A DNA stretch of 64,000 bases from Ptychomitrium polyphyllum (taxonomy: Eukaryota). Positions within the stretch are counted from its first letter, which is position 1. Each line of letters begins with the position of its first letter. Shown here piece after piece: positions 56,353 through 64,000 of the stretch. Made by a program: the position numbers and the translations under genes. The DNA lies in NCBI GenBank assembly GCA_973851085.1, contig OZ316776.1, positions 11,656,001 through 11,720,000 on the forward strand. Reading direction: 5' to 3'. The notes beneath the pieces were generated by a model, which was not told the origin of the DNA, ran no database searches, and saw nothing but the letters and a program-made list of their open reading frames with translations.

Positions 56353-59300
56353 TAGTGCCTTAAAACTGGAGCTAATTATTAGAGGGTAGATGAAAGTCTA
56401 TATTTTTGTTGTTGCCGACGTAAGAGACCCCATAGAGATTTACGCTGGCATGATTTAATGACTTTGAAATCCATCTATGATTGGGTTGGACCTTTAGGAA
56501 ATGTATATTATGGAAGGTACAGCCAGGTAATTTTATGAGGATGTAGGGATATCTTAAGAGAAGTATTAACAAATTCGACCATTTCGAGTTTTACACAAAT
56601 CCTTCATGGTCAACAGATTGTTCTCGGAAGCAGAGGTGTAGGGGAACCAATTGATATGGTTTCACAATTTGGACAGCTAGATTGTGAAGGAATAACATGT
56701 ACTTTGATTCATTGAACACGTGCATATCTTTTAACCATGTGCTATATAATCTTCTCAAGAAACAAGTCTATGCAACGCCTGCGTTCAAAGTACACAATAT
56801 TTCTGGTGTAGTACGAGACTCTTAAAGCAAAACTGTGTGCTCTACAAGGGTTACGAGACTTTCACCACCATTGCAGCACATTTGTGTGTTTCCGAGAGAC
56901 TCCCTTGAGAGCAGACTTAGTAGAGCACGTGATCGGTTGCAAGCATGCATTGCAAGGTAAAGATGCCAACACCCTATATTGATAGCTGAGAAATAGTTTA
57001 GACCAAAGTCGTCAAGGGATTCTTCTTTTTCTCCTCAAATCCCTTTGCTTTCTGTTCTGTCATATGAGTTTGTGGGTCAAGTTATTACAGATGTGGACAC
57101 CAGTTACAGGAACACGATGCTTTGTTACTGCTACTCTCTTCATAGAAACAGACAGTTGTAGGTGCTTTTGAGGACAGAATCTAAGTTGCAGTTGCAGAGA
57201 GTCGTGACATCCAAGTCGGGTGAAATGATCTTCAGAAGGGATTCTGTATCTAGATCTGCACTAAGAAACATGTGACCATGCGATACAGCATCTGATCTGC
57301 CAGGCCCTTGTAGTTGCTGGAACCTATCAAGGAACAGATGTTGTGAGGGTGGTTAACTTGGTCTCCACGATCAGGGCCTTGCCAGAGATGGCTGTCAGTA
57401 GAGAGCCTGCGCTTGCCCTTTGCAGAGTTGGCTGTATGCTTGATTTGAGTTCCGTAATCGAGCCCCATACTGATCTTGTGATATTGTCAGGTTTGCCAAG
57501 AACGAAGCGGATGTCTACTTCATCAGGTACGTATTAGTGTTCCATGATTTTGAATATGGTATTGTGGCATCTGTTGACACTAGATACGTGTAAATTAAAG
57601 TACAATCTATGTAAATTATGGTATTCATAAATTTGGCTTTCCAGGGTAAAGGGAGAAATCGTTTCCTTGAGATTATGTAGCAATCGCTCTGGATCTAGTA
57701 CGTGAACTTGGTGACGTGATTTTTATCTATTTTCTGCCAAAATGTATCTAAAGCAGCAGAAAACAAATTTTACAGAAATGTTGACAATACCCTTGGTTGA
57801 CATACTTTTCTCATTCCTGATCAAAGTTCTTCATTTGAGGCAAGTTGGATGCAGCATATCTAAGTGAACCTCCTTATCAAAGAAAGAATTTAACGTTGCA
57901 GAGTACGACGATGCAGCATTGGATGCAGCGACTGGTGAAAGAGGTTAAATTTGCTCCGGTGCAACTGAGATTTAAACCCCTGAGCTTCTGTCACAACATT
58001 GCCTTCGCAAACTTGCATCCTTAACCGTTGGATAGACCTAGCCCCCCGCGCTTTGTACTTGTAATTATTCTATATAAAGATTTCCTATGGCTTTAGAACT
58101 CCATTACCTTACTCTCTGTTCCCTTTCCTTCTGTGCTTCCTCTTTTTCGCACAGTGATATTTAGTGTTTTGTTGATCCAAGCCTGGAGCTGCTTGCTTTT
58201 TTTTTCATACGATGTGGAAAGGATCGTGGACATGCTCGTGCAAGTTCATGAAACCAAACGGCATACCTTGTGCTATGAACTTGCACAGGCATTCCAAGAC
58301 TCTTCCACATACTATCGCGGTTGCAAGAGCTTTGGATTAAGTAGGGGATTTCATGCTTGTGGCTAAAGTGCATTCAACGAAACTATTCTTTGTAAGCACT
58401 TATCAAACCCCTGACATGCGCAATGTGAACATGGAGGTTTTTTTTATTGCATAGAAACTCCAGCGAAGTAACCCATTTGAGATATAGCAGGATTTTTGGG
58501 GGCATTCCATCACTGCTTCCCTTTCAATACTTGCTGTGCTCAAGATGCGTCTCTCCTATAGAGTTCTTTGTGATTGACGAGCATGAATGCCTGTGCTTAG
58601 GTTATTACACTACCTCTTGTTGTGATACATTCATAGGTGCATTACTGCCAAGATTTTCAAGAGAACTCTGAACTTATTCTAGCGTTGATAGGGGTCGTTT
58701 AAGCTCTGCCATATTTGAAACTCTATTGCACGCAGTGTATCATAGCTGATAAGTCTCTTGTAACGTCGTTTTCATGTGTTGTATGTTCCAAAATTTAGCA
58801 AATATGGCGTAATTGGAACTGATGGAGTCCCTTCATGGCTGTCCAATTTATCATTTTATCTCCTGTTCGATTAAGAGTGCTTTACTGGGCACATGATATT
58901 CTGTGTTCAATAACAGAAGCGTTGTCAAGTAGAATGCATGAGAACTGCTGAGTCTGACGTATTACGCTAGTACAAGAGCATTGAAGAAAAATATTTATGG
59001 TTGGCCTCATGTAATATCTTTAAAACCATTACACGATGCAGGCTTGATACGGTACCTATTCGTTTTTGAGAGGATTTGAGGTGCATTTGAAGGAAATTCA
59101 TCAGGTGCTTCTTGCTCAATGTATTCCATTATTTAGCAAAAGGAGGGAGCTGCGACCGTTCTCCATGACTCAAAAAATCTGCGTGCAGTGGTAACACACG
59201 TCCTTCACAAAATTCTTAATCTTTATGAATGTCTCAATCGTGGTCAGTGGTGAGGTACAAGCTTCACCAACCAAAGCTCTTGCTTGTGTCTGGATGCATC

Positions 59301-60942
59301 CTCTTATGGTCATGATGCATGCAACGAATATTGTAAACAAAATAACCTGTTATTCAAGCTGTTCTAAGCTTAAGCACTTTTCCAAATCTCTTACTCTTGC
59401 TCCAATTTCGACCAAGTTCCAAAACCTTCAGGTTCTGCCTCCACAACTTTACTTAGACAAACGGATCAAGGATCACTCCAATATTCCAGTGCTTTCAAAC
59501 CAATTTTCACAACTCACTTGACATAGCATGTTTCACCACCAGAGAAGTTGTGGTCTAAAAATGCAATACCTTGAGTATCTGAAACGCTGCACACTTCTTG
59601 TGGTAGAAGATTATGTCAGACAAGATGATTACTTCTCTGCCAGTGCTGCAGCTACTGAGTGCCCACCGTGCACACCAGCACTTGAGTGGTCACAGTTCTT
59701 GCCCCCGCCTCCCCTCCCCCTAGGTCCTGAGCACACTAGCATTTTGAGGTTTGATTGTTTTATATTCATCTGCTTACTCTACGTGAAAAACAGAAGACTG
59801 CTTTGCCTTGGTTTAATTCCACAAAACTCCGGCTCAAAAGGGCAACTCAAGAATCAAGAGGGAGGATCACTGCCAGGAAAAGTAGAGTTGCACACAGCAG
59901 ATTCTGTAAGGTTGCAAAGCTTTATATAAAGTGTTAATTTTGACTCTGGGTATACTCCTATATGAACTATTTCAAGACCATGCTTCATAGTGAATCTTAC
60001 AGCCAGTGTAAGGACCATACCATAATTCTTCAACACATTACAACATGTACTCAATGTCGATGCAAAACAACAAATATAAGTCAACCTTGATGCTACAAGA
60101 ACCCATTTCGTAGCAGATGCCATCCTCAGCCAGGATAATAGATCATACATTATGAAAACTAAGCAAGATGTACTAAAGGTCTCCAACCCATAAGGAACTT
60201 AACAAGACCAAAAGGGTTTGCACCAGAAAGGAAAGAGAATGAGTTGAGTGTAGCTGCAACTGACCAGGAGGTATCATTATCATGAGCATCTAATAATACA
60301 ATAGAATACAAAATTAGTGCTTAGCGATGATGCTACAACCAACTCCCTGTCCGAAAGACAACTAGCGGAGTGCTTGCCACACATCGGTGAGTAAAGATCT
60401 AGTAGAAACGGCGCCGAAGAAAAGGCCTAGCTCAAAATCCTCTCTTCTCCCAAGACTAATGAAAAACCTCAAGTAAGCCCATTTGCATGTAACCCAAAGC
60501 TCTATAGAAAAATTAGGCGTCAAATGAATGCATATATACAACCCGCACTTGGTGCTAGGCTGGTGTAAGTCCATGTCCCAAATCCACTACAAAAGACTCT
60601 AGAAAGTTACTCCTAGATCATCGATAGTATCTTCGCGGGAAAAACCGACAGGCTTCGTGTCTGTAGTTTTGATCTACGCAGAGATCTCATCCAATGTAAC
60701 TAAGTCATATATCACACAGGCATTGTACCCAAGTGACAGGATCAGAGGCATCAGGGCTGCAGGAGGTCAACCCTCCTCTCTAGAAACACCCATCACTTGC
60801 ACCAGCACCGGCCCCCGTTTACATACAAAACTTCTTCCTCAGGCTCCGAATTACTCCCGTTAAGAACTCCATGTAATTCTCCTTGCTTCCGCTTCGCTCA
60901 AGCTTCTCTCAACGCCTCTCAAAGCATAGTGACGACACCTCC

Positions 60943-61383
60943 TTAGACCTTGATAGTCAACTGTTTGAACCAAGCCGATGCTCCTCCGAAGAGGCTGAGA
61001 GTGCTGAGAAAAGGAAACCGGACAATCTTCAGAAAAGAGGAGAAGCTTGAAGATAGCCCGTTGTTATTATTTTGCTCGTGCTGTGCGTGGGTAGCTGTGG
61101 CTAGATAAGCTCTGGCTGCTTTCTCCACTAGGGGATTCCTCATGTGCACATGGCGCATGTTCGGAAGAGAGTGGTAGGAGCTGAGTTGTTGATTGTTCCA
61201 TTGCTTGCTACTCGCAGGAAGTAGAGAGCCGGTAGCAACAACATCTCTCAGGGAGGTGTAGGAGTGCGAACGAACCCTGGTCATATCCAGAAGCTCGGTA
61301 TCCCTTCGATTTAGATGGATATGGCTAAGAGACCTCCACAGCTGGCCAACAGTTATGGTATTTGACTTCACAAGCGTGGTCAT
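60943..61383 (-). CDS. Small uncharacterised plant protein (146 aa) with YTSLRD and RNPLVEKAARAYL motifs
   Basis: Single-exon ATG-initiated ORF. The motifs resemble a conserved land-plant family of unknown function (recalled as YTSL[KR]D / [KR]N.LV..AA.AYL). A GT-AG 5'UTR intron is visible at about 61415-61606. Confidence 0.75.
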   Translation of the reverse strand: MTTLVKSNTITVGQLWRSLSHIHLNRRDTELLDMTRVRSHSYTSLRDVVATGSLLPASSKQWNNQQLSSYHSLPNMRHVHMRNPLVEKAARAYLATATHAQHEQNNNNGLSSSFSSFLKIVRFPFLSTLSLFGGASAWFKQLTIKV

Positions 61384-61680
61384 GGAGGTTGAAGTTATAA
61401 AATCTTCTCAAACCCCTGCAGGAAACACAAAGAAAAGAAAACTCAGTTCCAAACACTTATTGTAAACACACCTTATACACTTGCACATAGATTCAAGCAG
61501 TTAGCCACATCAAAAGTGTAACCTACTGTTTGTAAGAAACTCCATCAACTCCCTTCCTACAAGCACTGTAACTAATACGAATTGTGACTGGTAGAAAAAT
61601 AGCTTACCGACAAGAGAAGATGCCCAATCTGCAAACGAAAACCGAGCTCCTCCACAAAAACCGGTTTAGAGTCACTGAAA

Positions 61681-61713
61681 CAACAGCAACAACAACAACA
61701 ACAACAACAACAA
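61681..61713. repeat. (CAA)n microsatellite
   Basis: About 11 CAA/CAG units. Confidence 0.9.
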
Positions 61714-62898
61714 TACCTGCTTCTTCTTTACTCCCGCAATTCTCCCCCTGTCTGACTCTACACCGCCAATCCTTCAACAATCACACAAAATTCTTTTTCT
61801 CTTCTTAACCAAAAATTCAAGCAGCAAACCATACAAAATTTCCGAAAATATCCTTCCCCTTTACCGATCCTCACCCACTCCACCCAAATAAATCGTACAC
61901 CTCCAAAGAAAAGAAAAAAATCTCCTCCAAAAACTTGTTGTCTCTTCCGACTCAACTCGCTACAAAGGTGACAGTTTTACAGCAGAAACGGAAGCTCCGA
62001 AACTGTGGTCAGGTGTGCAAGGATCCTCTCTGAGGTCCCTGGAGAGGCAGAGCGGGGAAGTGAGGCAAGGAGAAGCAGGAGCTCGATATTAAGGCATCCA
62101 TGGCAAGCAAAAGGCAGCACCTTGGCGAGTAAAAGGCAAAAGCCGTCATCGAAAGCGACGCGTCTAGACGTCCAGACTCGAGGTGCGGTGTTTGCTCACT
62201 CCACACGCTCCCACAAGCTACGGCGGCTTGTTGGAGCCAGATACTGCGGAGATACCCGGAATATTTTCTCCGGGTGTCTGCACAGTATCACCGTATAGTT
62301 CACATGCGCTACGGGATCTCAGTGCCACTGCCAGGCAGGTAGGTGGACTGCACATGGCCCACGGCTACGGTGGTCTCCGAGTGGCTGGGTGGTGGTATCA
62401 TTGGTTGCAACATTGGTAATTTATTTGCAAACCTGTACTTATGGGCATATGGTTTACGTGTGGAGTAAAGCTCTTTCCATAGAGTTTGTTGGCATAGATA
62501 AGCATGCCTGGAGGGCATAGGTTGAGTGCATGCCTATATGTGGGAATCAGTGAGGGAAGGGAGTAAATAATGACAGGTGAGCAGCAAGTGGGAGTGTATG
62601 GTTGGATTACACAGTTTCACCAAGGTGTGTGTGCTGTGATTGGTGAATTATACTCTGTGAATGTTATTTGGTGAGGTAATGACAAGTAAGTTCTGTTTGC
62701 CTAGGATGATTTCTCCACTTTCTCTTGGGGTGAAAGGGAATTAAATTTCAAATGTTGTATTAGCTTTGATGTGTGCACAGTGTTTGATATTTCTCATGAT
62801 TGGATCCCAGTTACATAATCAGGGGACTTTTAAAACACCATGTTTAAGTTGGTGTTGTCTGCATCAGGATTGCCTGCAGGTTCATTTCTCTCCCTCAG

Positions 62899-63158
62899 GG
62901 AATCCTGTTTTGTCAAATTAGTGAAAGGAATCCTGTTTTGTCAAATTAGTGAAAGGAATCCTGTTTTGTCAAATTAGTGAAAGGAATCCTGTTTTGTCAA
63001 ATTAGTGAAAGGAATCCTGTTTTGTCAAATTAGTGAAAGGAATCCTGTTTTGTCAAATTAGTGAAAGGAATCCTGTTTTGTCAAATTAGTGAAAGGAATC
63101 CTGTTTTGTCAAATTAGTGAAAGGAATCCTGTTTTGTCAAATTAGTGAAAGGAATCCT
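62899..63158. repeat. Minisatellite, 28-bp unit GGAATCCTGTTTTGTCAAATTAGTGAAA, 9 copies plus 8 nt
   Basis: Perfect head-to-tail copies with no spacers. Confidence 0.98.
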
Positions 63159-64000
63159 TCTGCGTACAGTGGTCCGCCAGGCCATTTCTCCAGGCTCGTC
63201 CAGAAGCATCTTGGCACTTCTTTTGTTTGGTAAGTAATAAAAACATTTGAATACTGTACCCGTTTCTGGACTTGCAGTGTTAATATTTGCCCCTGCATGT
63301 ATTTCGTGGTCAAAAGCAACAAAACGTATTCTACGTCCTCCTGTAGTTGTGAAGCATATGGTAGATATGGATTTTAGTACTAGCTACATTAAGATCTACA
63401 TATTTTTCCACATCACATTATCTGATAACATTCTTCACTAATTGAAACAACTTGCATATATCTTAGAAAGTGGAAAATCAATAACAACCTACAACAATGA
63501 TGTAAGGTAATGAATACATAAGGTATGAGTTTAATTTGGTGACTTGTCACACAAATTCTCTTGATTGTCAATAGAATAACATTTTCAAGATGCAATTGTA
63601 TCATTCGATGATGGGATTTTTTTTGTAGAAGAGAGTGTTTCCAAAGGTCACCAAAAAGCTATAGCAACTTTTATTCTAACTTTTCCTTAAAATATTTAGG
63701 TAAGTAATGGAAAAGTATTTTTTTTAAAACAAAGGAAACCAGGAAAGAATAAAATCTCATATCATTTTTAATTAACTAGAGGGTCCATACTAATTACCAT
63801 ATAACTTACTATCTTGGGACATTTGTGCAGGTCATGATTTTCAGATATTCTACCCAGATGGGTATTTGCACCAAGCCATCATGATTCGAAGAATGATGTG
63901 AAGTGCCACGTTCTAAAATTTTATAATATGGCAAAAACAACATTCTAAGTAACAATGCCTATCATGTGAATGTTTGGGTTGGATTGCTTGATAGAGTTGG

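Overview
Eukaryotic, intron-rich plant DNA, most likely a moss or other bryophyte. This is inferred from the protein sequences and from GC-rich gene starts separated by very AT-rich spacers. No prokaryotic systems or CRISPR arrays are present. Intact genes: a DUF1647-like putative glycosyltransferase (-), tRNA-Arg(UCU) (-), CTF8 (+), HOS1 (-), an AGD6/7-type ARF-GAP (+), a 32-exon exportin-1 XPO1/CRM1 (-), a METTL25/RRNAD1-like methyltransferase (-), TAD2 tRNA adenosine deaminase (+) and a small plant protein with YTSLRD/RNPLV motifs (-). Also present: an intron-retaining LisH-CTLH-WD40 pseudogene, a solo LTR and three near-perfect minisatellites. The most unusual unexplained signal is a non-coding module found in three diverged copies downstream of the XPO1 stop codon, whose core can fold into two hairpins, preferentially on the XPO1 sense strand. 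Exon boundaries were read by eye and may be off by a few bases.
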